This document shows, piece after piece, positions 20,246 through 31,464 of a DNA stretch of 64,000 nt. The position numbers and the translations under genes were made by a program. The notes under the pieces are model-generated. The model was not told the DNA's origin. It saw nothing but the letters and a program-made list of their open reading frames with translations, and did no database searches. The stretch's first letter is position 1; every line of letters begins with the position of its first letter. The DNA lies in contig OZ241869.1 of assembly GCA_965202805.1 (NCBI GenBank), positions 1,312,001-1,376,000 on the forward strand, given 5' to 3'. Source of the stretch: Longimicrobiales bacterium (lineage in GTDB: Bacteria; Gemmatimonadota; Gemmatimonadetes; Longimicrobiales; Gaopeijiaceae).

Positions 20246-21247
20246 ATGAGAGGCTCCCCCGCGCGCGCTCCCCGGCTGGCGCGCGCCCATACCGGCGAGC
20301 TGGACCTCCTGGCCCTGGTGGTCATCTGGGGCGTCAACTTCACGGTGGTGAAGGTGGTGCTGGAGGAAGTCGAGCCGCTGGTCTTCAACGCCCTGCGCTT
20401 CCCTTTCGCCGCGCTGACGGTGTGGATCCTCCTGCGCGCGCAGGGGCGGCGCCTGATGCCGCGCCGGAGGGACTGGGCCCGGGTGGCGTGGCTGTCGCTG
20501 TTCGGACACCTGGGCTACCAGGTCTTCTTCATCTTCGGGCTCGCGCTCACCCTGGCCGGCAACGCCTCGCTCATGCTGGCGACGGTTCCGGGGTGGATCG
20601 CAATCCTCTCCCCGGCGCTGGGTCACGAGCGCTTCAGCTGGGTGGTGCTGGGCGGTGTCGCGATCGCGATGACGGGGATGACGCTGGTCATCCTGGGAGG
20701 ATCCGCGGGCATGGCGCTGGGCGGAGAGACGTTGCGCGGGGACCTGTTCATGCTGGCCGCCGCCGTGGTCTGGGCGCTGTACACCGTGCTGGGGCGCCGC
20801 GCGGTGCGGCGCAACGGTGCGCTGGAGATGACGGCCTGGACCCTCTGGCTGGGCACCCCCGCGCTCGTGCTGATAGGACTTCCCGGCCTGCTGCGCACCG
20901 ACTTCGGATCGGTCTCGGCGGGGGCCTGGGCGGGCATCGCCTACGCGGGCGTGCTGGCGATCGGGATCGCGTACTTCATCTGGTATCGGGGGGTGCGGAG
21001 GCTCGGCAGCAGCCGTACCGCCGTCTACTCAAACCTTGTGCCGGTGGCCGCGATCCTCACCGCGTGGCTCTGGATCGGCGAGACTCCGCGCGCGTTGCAG
21101 CTGCTCGGGGCCGGCGTCATCCTGGCCGGCATCGCCGTCGTACGCCTGGCGCCGCCGACCCGGGCGGGCGACCGGGCGCGCCGTCGCGCGCTGCGGGAAC
21201 GCCGGCGAGCGGAGAAAGCCGCAGGATCCAGGAGGACGCCATCATGA
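20246..21247 (+). CDS. EamA/DMT-family transporter
   Basis: IWGVNF, ten TM helices in two EamA repeats, NLVPVAA...GE. Confidence 0.9.
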   Translation: MRGSPARAPRLARAHTGELDLLALVVIWGVNFTVVKVVLEEVEPLVFNALRFPFAALTVWILLRAQGRRLMPRRRDWARVAWLSLFGHLGYQVFFIFGLALTLAGNASLMLATVPGWIAILSPALGHERFSWVVLGGVAIAMTGMTLVILGGSAGMALGGETLRGDLFMLAAAVVWALYTVLGRRAVRRNGALEMTAWTLWLGTPALVLIGLPGLLRTDFGSVSAGAWAGIAYAGVLAIGIAYFIWYRGVRRLGSSRTAVYSNLVPVAAILTAWLWIGETPRALQLLGAGVILAGIAVVRLAPPTRAGDRARRRALRERRRAEKAAGSRRTPS

Positions 21248-21384
21248 ATTGCGAGTCAGGACATCCGCATTTTCGCAAGAGCTTGTCGCAGCACGCCGTC
21301 TTCGGACGCGCAACGGATTTTGTTGCGTGCCGGCTGCCCCGCTCTCTGCCATCCGTCCCGGCGACCCGATGTGCCGGGGCCCGC

Positions 21385-22602
21385 ATGAACCGTCCATTCG
21401 GACGCGCCGCACCCCATCCGCTTGCGTGGATGCTGCACCTCGTAGCGGCCCTCACGGCCGGCGCTGCCGGGTCCGTCGTCGCCCAGGACTCCCCGGACGA
21501 GTACATCGCCGTCATCGAGGGCGTCCAGAGCCCAAGCCGCCAGGGGCTGGATGTCCTTACGCTGCCCGAGGTGATGGAGCGGTTCGGCGTGCCCGGGATG
21601 AGCGTCGCCGTCATCCGCGACTTCGAGGTGCACTGGGCCAGGGGGTATGGGGTCGCTGACGTGGTGACCGGCGCGCCAGTGGACACCGAAACCCTCTTCC
21701 AGGCCGCCTCGATCTCGAAGCCGGTGACCGCCATGGCGGCGCTGACCGCCGTTGAGGAAGGCCTGTTCGCGCTGGACGACGACATCAACTCGATTCTGCG
21801 CTCGTGGTCGCTGCCGGGACGCGGCTTCACGGACGATCGCCCCGTGACACCGCGGCTCCTCTTCAGCCACACCGCCGGGCTGGGCGACGGCCACGGCTTT
21901 CCCGGCTACGCCCCGGACGCCCCGCGCCCCACCCCGGTGCAGATCTTCGAGGGAGACGCGCCTTCGAACGTGGGACCGGTCGAGCTGGTGCGCCCGCCCC
22001 TCGCCGCAATGCACTACTCCGGCGGCGGCACGACCATCATGCAGCTGGCCCTGACCGACGCGCGCGGCGAGTCCTTCCCCGATCTCATGCGCCGGACCGT
22101 CCTGGAACCTGCGGGGATGACGCGCAGCACCTTCGAGCATCCCCTTCCCTCCGCCCTCGACGCGAACGCCGCGCGCGGCCACCGGGGCGACGGCCTCCCG
22201 ATGGGACTGGAGAAGTGGCACGCGTACGCGGCGCTGGCCGCGGCCGGGCTGTGGACCACGCCCACCGACCTGGCGCGCTTCGCGATCGAAGTGCAGAAGG
22301 CGGCCCGCGGCGACCCGGACCGGGTGCTTTCGCGCGCGAGCGCGCAGGAAATGCTGAGCCCGGTGGGCGTGGGCTCCTACGCCGTGGGCTTCCACATCGA
22401 GCAGCGCGGCCAGGGCTGGTATTTCAGCCACTCCGGAGGCAACTGGGGCTTCGTGTGCTACCTGACGGCGCACAGAGCCAGGGGGTACGGCGTGGTGGTG
22501 ATGACCAACTCTTCCGGGGGAGGCGGGCTCTATCGCGAGGTGCTCGAGCGGGTCGAGCGGGCGTACGGGTGGGATTCCCTGGACAAGCCGGTGCTGCGGT
22601 AG
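21385..22602 (+). CDS. Serine hydrolase, beta-lactamase (class C-like) family, exported
   Basis: SxxK in FQAASISKP, LFSHTAG, HYSGGG, HSGGN. Start could be 21244, 21385 or slightly later. Confidence 0.9.
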   Translation: MNRPFGRAAPHPLAWMLHLVAALTAGAAGSVVAQDSPDEYIAVIEGVQSPSRQGLDVLTLPEVMERFGVPGMSVAVIRDFEVHWARGYGVADVVTGAPVDTETLFQAASISKPVTAMAALTAVEEGLFALDDDINSILRSWSLPGRGFTDDRPVTPRLLFSHTAGLGDGHGFPGYAPDAPRPTPVQIFEGDAPSNVGPVELVRPPLAAMHYSGGGTTIMQLALTDARGESFPDLMRRTVLEPAGMTRSTFEHPLPSALDANAARGHRGDGLPMGLEKWHAYAALAAAGLWTTPTDLARFAIEVQKAARGDPDRVLSRASAQEMLSPVGVGSYAVGFHIEQRGQGWYFSHSGGNWGFVCYLTAHRARGYGVVVMTNSSGGGGLYREVLERVERAYGWDSLDKPVLR

Positions 22603-22681
22603 GGGTTTTGCCGCCCACCCGACATGGTCGGCAACCCGCGGGATCGCCGTGCGCCGCGAGCCGGCGGGGACGGTCGGACGC

Positions 22682-23728
22682 CTATCCGCTCTCGCTCTTC
22701 AGCCGCCGAATCTCCGCGGCCAGCGCCGGCGCCACCTCGAACACGTCCCCCACGATGCCGTAGTCGGCGACGTTGAAGATGGGCGCGTCGGCGTCCTTGT
22801 TCACCGCGACGATGGTGCGCGCGGTGCGCATCCCGGCGAGGTGCTGGATCGCCCCGGAGATGGCGAGCGCGAAGTAGAGCGTGGGCGCGATGGTCTTGCC
22901 CGTCTGGCCCACCTGTTCGGCGTGCGGGCGCCACCCGGCGTCCACCACCGCGCGCGAGGCTCCCAGGGCCGCGGCCGGTCCGAGCGCGTCGCGCACTTCC
23001 TCGATCACGCCCCAGTTCTCAGGTCCGCGCAGACCGCGGCCGCCGGACACCACGATCTCCGCCTCCGCCACGTCGACGCTTCCACCCGAGGCGGCCCGGA
23101 ACTCCACCACCCGCCCCCCCACCGGCGCTCCTCCCGCCGGAGTGAACGCCTCCACCCGACCGGCCGCCGCGCGGGTGCCCGGTGGAAACACAAGGGGACG
23201 GAGCGACACCACCGCCGGGGTGGCGTCGAAGGTAACGCGCGCGAACGCCTTCCCTCCGTACACTGGCCGGGTGACGACCAGCCCGCCGTCCACCACCTCC
23301 AGAGCTGTGACGTCCGAGGCCAGCGGCACGTCGAGGAGCGCCGCCACCCTGGGCGCGAGGTCGGCCCCCAGCGCGCTGGCGGGAAAGAGGACCGCCCGGT
23401 ACCCGCCCCCGGCGATCATGTCGGCGACGATGCGCGCATAACCCTCCGGCTGGTACCGCGCCAGCTCGGCGCCCTCCGCCACCCGGATCACCTCGGCCCC
23501 GCGCGCGCCCAGCGGCGCGCAATCGGCACCCAGCCCCGGCCCGCCGACGGCCAGCGCATGGGCGTCTCCACCGAGTTCGCGCGCCAGTTCGGCCGCCGCC
23601 CCGACAACCTCGTGGGCCGTGGCGCGCACGCTGCCGTCGCGGTGCTCCACGAACGCGGCTACCACGCCTGCATCGGACTCCATCTCCGCCTCCGACCCGT
23701 ACTCGGGCGTTGTCAAGGGTTCGGTCAT
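22682..23728 (-). CDS. etfA: Electron transfer flavoprotein alpha subunit
   Basis: [44 protein letters not shown]. Start ATG 23728. Confidence 0.95.
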   Translation of the reverse strand: MTEPLTTPEYGSEAEMESDAGVVAAFVEHRDGSVRATAHEVVGAAAELARELGGDAHALAVGGPGLGADCAPLGARGAEVIRVAEGAELARYQPEGYARIVADMIAGGGYRAVLFPASALGADLAPRVAALLDVPLASDVTALEVVDGGLVVTRPVYGGKAFARVTFDATPAVVSLRPLVFPPGTRAAAGRVEAFTPAGGAPVGGRVVEFRAASGGSVDVAEAEIVVSGGRGLRGPENWGVIEEVRDALGPAAALGASRAVVDAGWRPHAEQVGQTGKTIAPTLYFALAISGAIQHLAGMRTARTIVAVNKDADAPIFNVADYGIVGDVFEVAPALAAEIRRLKSESG

Positions 23729-23742
23729 CACCGCGGCGGCGC

Positions 23743-24492
23743 CTACAGGGCCCCCGCCTCCTCCCGCAGCAGCCGCACCAGCTCGGGAACCGCCTCCACG
23801 CCCTCTCCTACGATCCGTCCCGGCGGCCGGGGCGAAGGCGGTTCCAGCCCGAGCACCCGCAGGCGCGCGGCCGGGAGCCGGGCCGGCCGCCGCTCCAGCG
23901 GCTTGCGGCGCGCGGCCATGATGCCCTTGAGGGTGGCGTAGCGGGGCTCGTAGGTCCCCTTCGTGATCGTGACCACGCACGGAAGAGGCAGATCCACCAC
24001 CTCCGTTCCTCCCTCTACCTCGCGGTGGCAGCGGACATGCCCCTCCCCCGCCTCCAGGCGCGTCACCGCGGTCGCACAGGGCCGTCCGAGCAACGTGGCG
24101 AGCATCGGGCCCACCTGCTGCTGGTCGTCATCCGCCGCCTTCACCCCGAGCAGGATGAGCGGGGCATCGGCTTCGGCGAGTTCCGCGGCCAGCGCCTTGG
24201 CCGTCGCCAGCCCGTCCATCGTGACCTCGCCTTCCAGCAGCACGGCCCGGTGCGCGCCCATCGCCAGGCTGTTCTTGAGGCTCTCCGTGGCGCCCGCGTC
24301 TCCCACGGTCACCGCCGTCACCGCGCCCGTCCCCAGGCCCTCCGTCACCCGCAGACCCGCCTCCAGGGCGAACTCGTCGTAGGGGCTCACGATGTACTTC
24401 ACTCCGCGAGTATCGATGGAGACGCCATCGTCACCGACGCGTATCTGCGTCTCGGTGTCGGGCACCCTGCGGATGCAAACGCTCACGTTCAA
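23743..24492 (-). CDS. etfB: Electron transfer flavoprotein beta subunit
   Basis: TTG start LNVSVCIRRVPDT, SPYDEFALE, LAMGA, EPRYATLKGIMAA. Confidence 0.95.
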   Translation of the reverse strand: MNVSVCIRRVPDTETQIRVGDDGVSIDTRGVKYIVSPYDEFALEAGLRVTEGLGTGAVTAVTVGDAGATESLKNSLAMGAHRAVLLEGEVTMDGLATAKALAAELAEADAPLILLGVKAADDDQQQVGPMLATLLGRPCATAVTRLEAGEGHVRCHREVEGGTEVVDLPLPCVVTITKGTYEPRYATLKGIMAARRKPLERRPARLPAARLRVLGLEPPSPRPPGRIVGEGVEAVPELVRLLREEAGAL

Positions 24493-24700
24493 GGCCTCGC
24501 AACTCCTGCTGAGGGTCGGATGAAAAGGAGATCCGGCGGGCGCGCGTTGCCCGTCGCCGCTCCCGGAGTGGAGAGAACCCCACGGTCGCGCGAGCCCGGG
24601 AGCCCACGGAAGGTACACGAGACTCCGCGCAGGGGAATGGCTCCCGGGGGTCGGCCGCCGACAGGGGCGGCGCCCATCCCGCCAGGTCGGCGGAGGGCCC

Positions 24701-26113
24701 TCAAAGCGTCGCCCCCAGCACCGCGAAACAGACGGCCGCCGCCCCGCCGGCCAGCAGCGCGTAGGGCAGCTGGGTGCGCACGTGGTCGATGTGATCGGTG
24801 GCCGCCGCCATGGACGAAATGATGGTGGTGTCGCTGATGGGCGAGGAGTGGTCGCCGAAGATGCCCCCGGAGAGCGCCGCCGCCACGAACGGGGCCAGCG
24901 GCATGCCCAGCGTCTCCGCGACCGGTACCGCGATGGGCAGCATGATGGCGAAGGTGCCCCAGCTCGAGCCGATCGAGAACGCGATTCCGCCCGCGACCAG
25001 GAACACCAGCGGGAGGAAGAGCATCGGAGGCAGCACGCCCTCGGTGACCTGCGCCACGTACTCGCCGGCCCCCAGCGTGCGCGCCACGGACCCCAGCGCC
25101 AGCGCCAGCAGCAGGATGAGCGCCAGCGGCATCAGCCCTCCGGCCCCCTTGAGGCCGGTGCGGGTGAGCTCGTCGAGGGTCGCCCCGCGCTGGATCAGAA
25201 GCAGGAACCAGGCCGACGCCAGCCCGGCCAGCACCGCCCACAGCACGCTCGTCGACCCGGACCCCTCGAGCATCGATCCGCCGCCGGTCACGTACAGGCC
25301 CAGCGGCATGGTCAGCACCATCACCGCGATCGGCACCAGCATGTTGCGCGCGCGCGGCGCGATGCGGCCGACCGGCGTGGGCGAGAGCACGGTCTCGTCC
25401 ACCATCGGCTGGGCGTTGGGCCACAGCACCTGGCCCTTCGCCGCGCGCTTCTCGGCCCGCTTCATGGGACCGATGTCGATCTTCCAGAGGATCGACGCCC
25501 CCGCGAGCAGGAAGGCGATGAGGGCGTAGAAGTTGACCGGAATCGCGGCGATGAATACGCCGAGCGCGTTCTCGACGCCCAGCTCGTTCAGGATCCCCAG
25601 GTTCAGGGCTCCCCAGGCATTCAGCGGGATGAGGATGCAGATGGGCGCCGAGGTGGAGTCGACGATGTAGGCAAGCCGCTCGCGCGAGATGCGAAAGCGG
25701 TCGAAGAGCGGGCGCGACACCGCCCCGGCCACGAGCACCGTGATGTTCGACTCGATGAAGATCACGATGCCGATGATCCACGCCAGGAACTGGGCGCGGC
25801 GTCCGTCGGTGACCCAGCGGTTGCCCTCGATCCAGCGCACGAACCCGCGCACGCCGCCCGCGGCTTCCAGCGTCGCGATCATCGCGCCGATGACCAGCGT
25901 GAAGAGGATCACCCTGGCGTTCCCCGGGTCGCCCAGGACAGCCACGGTCTGCTCGATGGCGGTGGCGATTCCGGCGAGCGGGTTCCAGCCTTCGAGGATG
26001 GTGTAGCCGATCCAGATGCCCGCCGCCAGCGACACGTAGACCTGCCGGCTCCAGATCGCCAGCACAATCGCGAGCACGGTGGGAAGAAGCGAAATCCAGC
26101 CGGGTTCGTTCAT
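24701..26113 (-). CDS. Na+/H+ antiporter NhaC-family transporter
   Basis: [52 protein letters not shown]. Start ATG 26113. Confidence 0.9.
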   Translation of the reverse strand: MNEPGWISLLPTVLAIVLAIWSRQVYVSLAAGIWIGYTILEGWNPLAGIATAIEQTVAVLGDPGNARVILFTLVIGAMIATLEAAGGVRGFVRWIEGNRWVTDGRRAQFLAWIIGIVIFIESNITVLVAGAVSRPLFDRFRISRERLAYIVDSTSAPICILIPLNAWGALNLGILNELGVENALGVFIAAIPVNFYALIAFLLAGASILWKIDIGPMKRAEKRAAKGQVLWPNAQPMVDETVLSPTPVGRIAPRARNMLVPIAVMVLTMPLGLYVTGGGSMLEGSGSTSVLWAVLAGLASAWFLLLIQRGATLDELTRTGLKGAGGLMPLALILLLALALGSVARTLGAGEYVAQVTEGVLPPMLFLPLVFLVAGGIAFSIGSSWGTFAIMLPIAVPVAETLGMPLAPFVAAALSGGIFGDHSSPISDTTIISSMAAATDHIDHVRTQLPYALLAGGAAAVCFAVLGATL

Positions 26114-26703
26114 CTTGTCCCTCGTGCGCGCGTGGAAACGTGAGGATTGCCCTGGAGAAAGAAGCGCAGTTCGCGGTCGCGCGCCCGGGTCACCCCGATG
26201 CGCGGGGACCGTGCGACGCTCCCGACCGGAACAGGTTCCCTCGGGATGAGGCGCAGGGGCGCCCGGTCCAGGAGGTGGCCATCGAGCGCCCCGGTGACTC
26301 CGAGCGCCTGGCAGAGCCGCGCCGGACCGGAACACAGGTCCCGGTTCCGGCCCCGCCGCGCCGCCATGGTCGCGTCACCCGCCACCGGCTCGAGCGCGCG
26401 CACGAGCACCGCGGCCGGGAAGCCCTCCTGCCCGGTCACGACGTTCAGGCACCAGTGCATGCCGTAGATGAGGTAGACGTAGGCGATTCCAGGGGGACCG
26501 AACATGGTCGCGTTGCGCCGGGTGCGGCCGATGCGCTCCGCCGCGTGAGATGCCGCGTCGTGGGGTCCGGTGTAGGCCTCCACCTCCACGATGCGGCCTG
26601 CCGTTCGGACCCCGCCCACCGTCGACTCCACCTCCCAGCCCAGCAGGCCGGGCGCCACCGCGCGCGCACCGCCCGCCAGGAGGCCGGCGAGCGCCTCGTT
26701 CAC
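26110..26703 (-). CDS. mpg: DNA-3-methyladenine glycosylase (MPG/AAG family)
   Basis: [49 protein letters not shown]. Start approximate. Confidence 0.92.
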   Translation of the reverse strand: MNEALAGLLAGGARAVAPGLLGWEVESTVGGVRTAGRIVEVEAYTGPHDAASHAAERIGRTRRNATMFGPPGIAYVYLIYGMHWCLNVVTGQEGFPAAVLVRALEPVAGDATMAARRGRNRDLCSGPARLCQALGVTGALDGHLLDRAPLRLIPREPVPVGSVARSPRIGVTRARDRELRFFLQGNPHVSTRARGTR

Positions 26704-26749
26704 GACGGCAGTACCCGACGACACCACCCCGCTCGACCGGGCCCGCCCC

Positions 26750-28591
26750 TCAGGAAGACCCGCGCCGCCGTCCCAGACGGGTCCGCCGTGCCGCGGCAGT
26801 CGCCTGTTTGGCGGCCTCTTCCTCTGCCGGATCCACCCTGGACCGGCGGTCGAAGTCCTCCTGCCAGGCTTCGACCAGCTTGGCCGCCCGGCTGCGCGGC
26901 AGAACCCCCTCCACCTTGTCCCGGGAGTCGTGCAGCACATGGAAGACCCGGTCGCCGAAAGCCTCGATGAGGCGTTCCGCGGTCTTCGCGCCCACGCCCC
27001 GATAGCGGTTGGCCAGGTAGCGCTGAACCGCGCTGGCCTCGGTGGGCAGTCCGAGGCCGGCGGGATCGAACGCGGGCTTCGCGTCCGCGCGCCCGTCCTC
27101 ATTGGCGCGCTCCTCGCGCTCGCGCTCACGGGCCCGCCGACTCTGGCGCCACATCCGCAGGCGCGGTGAGCGGGGCGTGCGCCCTCTCTTCTTCGCAGCC
27201 GGAGCTTCCGCGGCTGCCGCCGGCTCCGACGACGCCGCTTCCTGAACCTCCGCAGACCGGGAATCGTCCTTCCCGGCTTCCGAGACCGCTCCCGGCGACC
27301 TGGACGCAGCCACCGCCGCTCCGTCGGGGGCCCCTTCCTTCGACCCGGCGGGCGTCGCGCTCACCCCCGGGGCTGGCGCGGAGGCGGCTTCGTCCTTCCG
27401 CGCCCGGTCAGACCGGGGAAGCCGCACGACGAAGTTGCCCGCCTCGTTGCGGCGAATGCGCACGACCTCGTGCTCGTGGGCCTGCGTGAGGAACTTGCTG
27501 AACTTGCTGAACCCGAGCCCGGCTTCGTCGAAGCTGCGGTCGAGGTCCAGCATGCGGCGCTTCACATCGGAATCCCGCGTCCAGTCGTTGTCCGGGCTGA
27601 TGTCCGGCAACGCCCTGCGCAGGAGCGCGTATGCGTCCGCAAGCGGGTCGGCCCCCTCCGCCCCGTTTCCGGAAACGCCCTCCCGGCGGGCTTCCCGCTC
27701 CGGCGACCCCGCCTCGCTGCGCGCTGCAGCCGCGCGCCTGCGCTCCGGACCACCGGAACCGCCTGTCCGGCTGCGCGGGCCGGCATGCCGTGGGGCGGAG
27801 CCGTCTCGCGGGCGGGCGCCCGCGGGAAGGATCTCGTGCTGGCCGTTCTCGAGCTTGCGCAGGCGCACGAGCCCGCGGGAAGCCGCCTCCGCGAGAAACT
27901 TGCTGAACTTGCTGAACCCGTACTTCGATTCCTCGAACCCCGGGTTCATCTCCAGCATTACCTGTTTGAGGCGGTCCGAGCGCATGACGTCTCCGCGCTC
28001 GATCATCTTCTTCGACGCCTCGTTGACCAGATTCCACGGGTCCACGGACTTGCCCTTGTCTCCCGCAGACGCCTTCTGAAGTCCGGTGATCGACGAGTAC
28101 GAGTAGTATTCGTCGCAGTTCTGGACCAGGATATCGGAACTGGATTCCTGGATGCCTACCCCGATCACGTACTTCCCGTACTCCTTCAGCTTCAGGACCA
28201 GGCTGGAGAAGTCGCTGTCTCCCGTAAGGAGAATGTAGGTCCCGATTTCCGGGCGAATGAAGACCAGCTCCATGCCGTCGATCGCCATGCGGATATCGGT
28301 GGCGTTCTTCTTCGAACTGCCGTAGGCGGGAGCGAAGATCAGGTCGACCGACGCCTCCGAGAGCGGCACGATGTACTGGGGATACCGCCGCCAGTCGGCG
28401 TATGCCCGCTGGACGGTGACCTTGCCCTTGATGATGTCGGAGTTGAGGAGCGTCTTGATCTCTTTGGAGAGATCGCTCCGGATGCCCATCGTCACGTTGT
28501 CGAAGTCGATGAGCAGCGCCGCGTTGGGCGCGGAAGACAGGACCGGGCCCGCCCCTTCGACATGCGGGGCGCGCGTGAAGTGATTGATCAT
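26750..28591 (-). CDS. NYN-domain protein with two OST-HTH/LOTUS domains and C-terminal HhH domain
   Basis: [29 protein letters not shown]; two GFSKFSKFL motifs; C-terminal [16 protein letters not shown]. Confidence 0.9.
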   Translation of the reverse strand: MINHFTRAPHVEGAGPVLSSAPNAALLIDFDNVTMGIRSDLSKEIKTLLNSDIIKGKVTVQRAYADWRRYPQYIVPLSEASVDLIFAPAYGSSKKNATDIRMAIDGMELVFIRPEIGTYILLTGDSDFSSLVLKLKEYGKYVIGVGIQESSSDILVQNCDEYYSYSSITGLQKASAGDKGKSVDPWNLVNEASKKMIERGDVMRSDRLKQVMLEMNPGFEESKYGFSKFSKFLAEAASRGLVRLRKLENGQHEILPAGARPRDGSAPRHAGPRSRTGGSGGPERRRAAAARSEAGSPEREARREGVSGNGAEGADPLADAYALLRRALPDISPDNDWTRDSDVKRRMLDLDRSFDEAGLGFSKFSKFLTQAHEHEVVRIRRNEAGNFVVRLPRSDRARKDEAASAPAPGVSATPAGSKEGAPDGAAVAASRSPGAVSEAGKDDSRSAEVQEAASSEPAAAAEAPAAKKRGRTPRSPRLRMWRQSRRAREREREERANEDGRADAKPAFDPAGLGLPTEASAVQRYLANRYRGVGAKTAERLIEAFGDRVFHVLHDSRDKVEGVLPRSRAAKLVEAWQEDFDRRSRVDPAEEEAAKQATAAARRTRLGRRRGSS

Positions 28592-28705
28592 TCGATGTTC
28601 TCTCGCAACCGAAGTTCCGGCCGCCGAGCCTCCCTCTCCGGTCCACCCTCTCTCCGGCGGCGCACGCCGGGATCGGTCGTGGAGCGGGGCTGGGAAGCCA
28701 GGGAC

Positions 28706-30322
28706 CTAGCCGGGCCGGCGCAGGATCCCGGCCCGCAACAGGCGAGCCAGTTCTCCGCGTCCGGCCTTCCCGGCTGCCGTCGCCGGGAACTCGTCAAAAA
28801 AGTGGATCCGATCGGGCACCTTGTAGGTGGCCAGCGAGGGGCGGCACCATGCTCTCAGCTCCTCCTCCGAGACCATGGCCCCTTCGATCATGTGCACGCA
28901 GGCGCAGACGGCCTCGCCCAGAAGTTCGTCGGGCAGGCCCACCACCACTACATCCCGCACCGCCGGGTGTGTCGCGATTCTGTTCTCGACTTCCCGGGGA
29001 TACACATCGAACCCAGCCTTAATGATAACATCGCCCTGGCGGCCCACCAAATGCAGGTAGCCGTCTTCGTCCACGATGCCCATGTCGCCGGTGTGCAGGA
29101 AGCGGTCGGCGTCGAAGTGCCGCCGGGTGTTGTCCGGCTGCCGGTAGTAGCCGCGCATCACGCCCGGGCTGCGAACCCGGAGTTCTCCCAGGCTTTCGAC
29201 CGGCAGCACGGATCCGTCGCCGTCGCACACCCGCACGGACACGTCGGCCAGCGGCCGCCCCACGGTGAAGCGCTGCTTCTCGGGGGGATCTTCGGGGCGA
29301 GTCATCGAGACGGTGGATCCGGCCTCGGTAAGAGAATACGCAACGTGCAGGTTGGGACAGAGCTCCTCTCGCACCTGGCGCAGCGGGAGATCGCCGATGG
29401 GCCCGCCCGTGACGATGCCGGTTCGCAGGCTGGAGAGGTCGCGCGGTGTGCGCCGCTGGGCATGCAGCTCGGTGAGGAAGTGCGTGGGCACGCCGTAGTG
29501 CACGGTGGCGCGGTGCTGTTCGATCAGATCCAGCGCCTGTTCCGCGTCGAAGCTCTCATGCAGCACGATCGACGCGCCCGCGCTCGCGGTGCCGAGGATG
29601 GCGGGGCCGAGCGAAAACGCGTGGAAGATGTCGCTGGCCCCGATCACGCGGTCGGCCGAAGTCACGCCCAGCTCCTCTACGGTCCGGCGCCCGGGCTCTA
29701 CCAGGTTGCCGTGGGTCAACTCCACGCCTTTCGGCTTTCCAGTGGTCCCGGCCGTGTAGAGAAGCGCAAACTGGTCGTCGGCCGCGAGTTCCGGCTGTGG
29801 GCACTTCTTCCCCCGTCCCGCCGAGACCAGGTCTTCGAAGGGATAGATCTGGTCGTCGTACCAGAGGTCCTCTTCGCCAACCGTGATCACGTAGCCCAGC
29901 TCCGGCAGCTCTTCCAGCACTTCCTCCGCGAACTGCAGGTAGTCGATGCCTTCGAAGGTTTCGGGCGTCACCGCGACCGCGGCCTGGGAGTGACGCAGCC
30001 GGTAGCGCAGCTCCAGCGGCGGGAGGCGGGGATTGAGGGGCACCACGACGATCCCGAGCCTGGCCGCCGCGAAGGCCGCCACGATGAACTCGGGACAGCC
30101 GGGCAGCAGGATCGCGAGCCGGTCGCCCCGCTCGATGCCCAGGCGGTGCAGGGACGCCGCCAGGTCCCGGGCCTGGCTCTCCACCTGCCCGTAGGTCATC
30201 ATGCCGTCCTCAAAGAAAAGAAACGGCCGGCCGGGATCGGCGGCGGCGGCCGTTGCCAGCACGGCGCCTGCTGTGGCCGGTGACCGGCCCGGAGAACGGG
30301 TGCGGTCGGCGTCGCGGTCCAT
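28706..30322 (-). CDS. Class I adenylate-forming enzyme (acyl-CoA ligase)
   Basis: [33 protein letters not shown]. Confidence 0.9.
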   Translation of the reverse strand: MDRDADRTRSPGRSPATAGAVLATAAAADPGRPFLFFEDGMMTYGQVESQARDLAASLHRLGIERGDRLAILLPGCPEFIVAAFAAARLGIVVVPLNPRLPPLELRYRLRHSQAAVAVTPETFEGIDYLQFAEEVLEELPELGYVITVGEEDLWYDDQIYPFEDLVSAGRGKKCPQPELAADDQFALLYTAGTTGKPKGVELTHGNLVEPGRRTVEELGVTSADRVIGASDIFHAFSLGPAILGTASAGASIVLHESFDAEQALDLIEQHRATVHYGVPTHFLTELHAQRRTPRDLSSLRTGIVTGGPIGDLPLRQVREELCPNLHVAYSLTEAGSTVSMTRPEDPPEKQRFTVGRPLADVSVRVCDGDGSVLPVESLGELRVRSPGVMRGYYRQPDNTRRHFDADRFLHTGDMGIVDEDGYLHLVGRQGDVIIKAGFDVYPREVENRIATHPAVRDVVVVGLPDELLGEAVCACVHMIEGAMVSEEELRAWCRPSLATYKVPDRIHFFDEFPATAAGKAGRGELARLLRAGILRRPG

Positions 30323-30345
30323 TCAGAAGATGCGTGTCGGGGGAA

Positions 30346-31464
30346 TCATCGTGCCTCGCCGAGTACGGCCAGCACTACTTCGTCGGGCAGAGCGTGCGTC
30401 CACCCGCCTGTACCGTCCACTCGCCCGATCCGGTCCAGGAGGACGTAGGAGGGAGAACCGGCGCGTGTCTTCTTGTCGGCAGGAGTGCGCGCCAGGACGG
30501 CGGCGGCATCGGTGCCCGGCGGGAGGACGGTGGGCAGGCTGCAGGAGGCGAGTGTCTCGCTCAACCGGTCGGCGGTACCCGCCCTGGTACGCCCGATGCG
30601 CTCGCCCGCGCGCGCCTCCAGAATCATGCCGAGGGAGACGGCGGACCCGTGCGGGAGGGTGTAGCCCGATTCGGCCTCGAGCGCGTGCCCGAGGGTGTGC
30701 CCGAAGTTGAGGAGTTGCCTCAGCCCCCCTTCCCGTTCGTCCTCGCTGACCACGCGGGCCTTCAGCTCCACCGACCTGCGCACCACCGCCTCCATGGCGG
30801 CGCCCTCTCCCGCCAGCACCCCCGCGGCGGAGCGCCCGACCTCCTCGAAGTAGCCCTCGTCCAGGATCGCCCCGTGCTTGACCGCCTCGGCCAGCCCCTG
30901 GGCGCGCTCCGCCGCAGGCAGGGTGTTCAGGTAGTCGGGATCGGCGACCACCACCCGGGGCGGGTGGAAGGCCCCGATCAGGTTCTTGCCGGCCCGGGTG
31001 TCCACCCCCGTCTTGCCCCCCACGGAGGCGTCGACCATGGCGACCAGGCTGGTCGGCACCTGCACCACCGGGATACCGCGCAGCAGGGTCGCGGCGACGA
31101 AGCCTCCCAGGTCGCCGGTCACCCCGCCCCCGAGCGCCACCACGCAGCCGTCGCGCCCGAATCCGGCGGCCAGCAGCTCGTCCGAGAGGCGCGACCAGCT
31201 CCGCCGGATCTTGTGCTCCTCCCCCGCGGGAAAGGTGAACAGCTCCGCGCGCGCCCCGGCGGCGGCCAGCACCCCCAGCAGGGCGCTGCCGTGCAGGCGG
31301 GCGACGTTGGAGTCGGCGATCACGGCGTAGCGGTGGGCCGGCGCGTACTCGGCGAGCAGTTCCGGCATCGCATGGCGCAGGCCGCGCCCCACGAGCACCG
31401 GATACCCCCCTTCCCCCTTCGTGCGCACATGCACGGCGTGCGCCGCGGCCGCGCGCGAACTCAT
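30346..31464 (-). CDS. aroB: 3-dehydroquinate synthase
   Basis: GEEHK, GGGVTGDLGGF, PTSLVAMVDASVGGKTG, KNLIGAF, LNFGHTLGHALE. Start ATG 31464 overlaps the upstream stop. Confidence 0.95.
   Translation of the reverse strand: MSSRAAAAHAVHVRTKGEGGYPVLVGRGLRHAMPELLAEYAPAHRYAVIADSNVARLHGSALLGVLAAAGARAELFTFPAGEEHKIRRSWSRLSDELLAAGFGRDGCVVALGGGVTGDLGGFVAATLLRGIPVVQVPTSLVAMVDASVGGKTGVDTRAGKNLIGAFHPPRVVVADPDYLNTLPAAERAQGLAEAVKHGAILDEGYFEEVGRSAAGVLAGEGAAMEAVVRRSVELKARVVSEDEREGGLRQLLNFGHTLGHALEAESGYTLPHGSAVSLGMILEARAGERIGRTRAGTADRLSETLASCSLPTVLPPGTDAAAVLARTPADKKTRAGSPSYVLLDRIGRVDGTGGWTHALPDEVVLAVLGEAR

Noticed and set aside
20422..22602. 726-aa N-terminally extended beta-lactamase or fusion with the transporter
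   Set aside because: The extension is an alternative frame over the EamA gene; the hydrolase starts at 21244 or later.
21385..22602. Antibiotic-resistance beta-lactamase
   Set aside because: Motifs support only the broad serine hydrolase family; nothing shows beta-lactam specificity.
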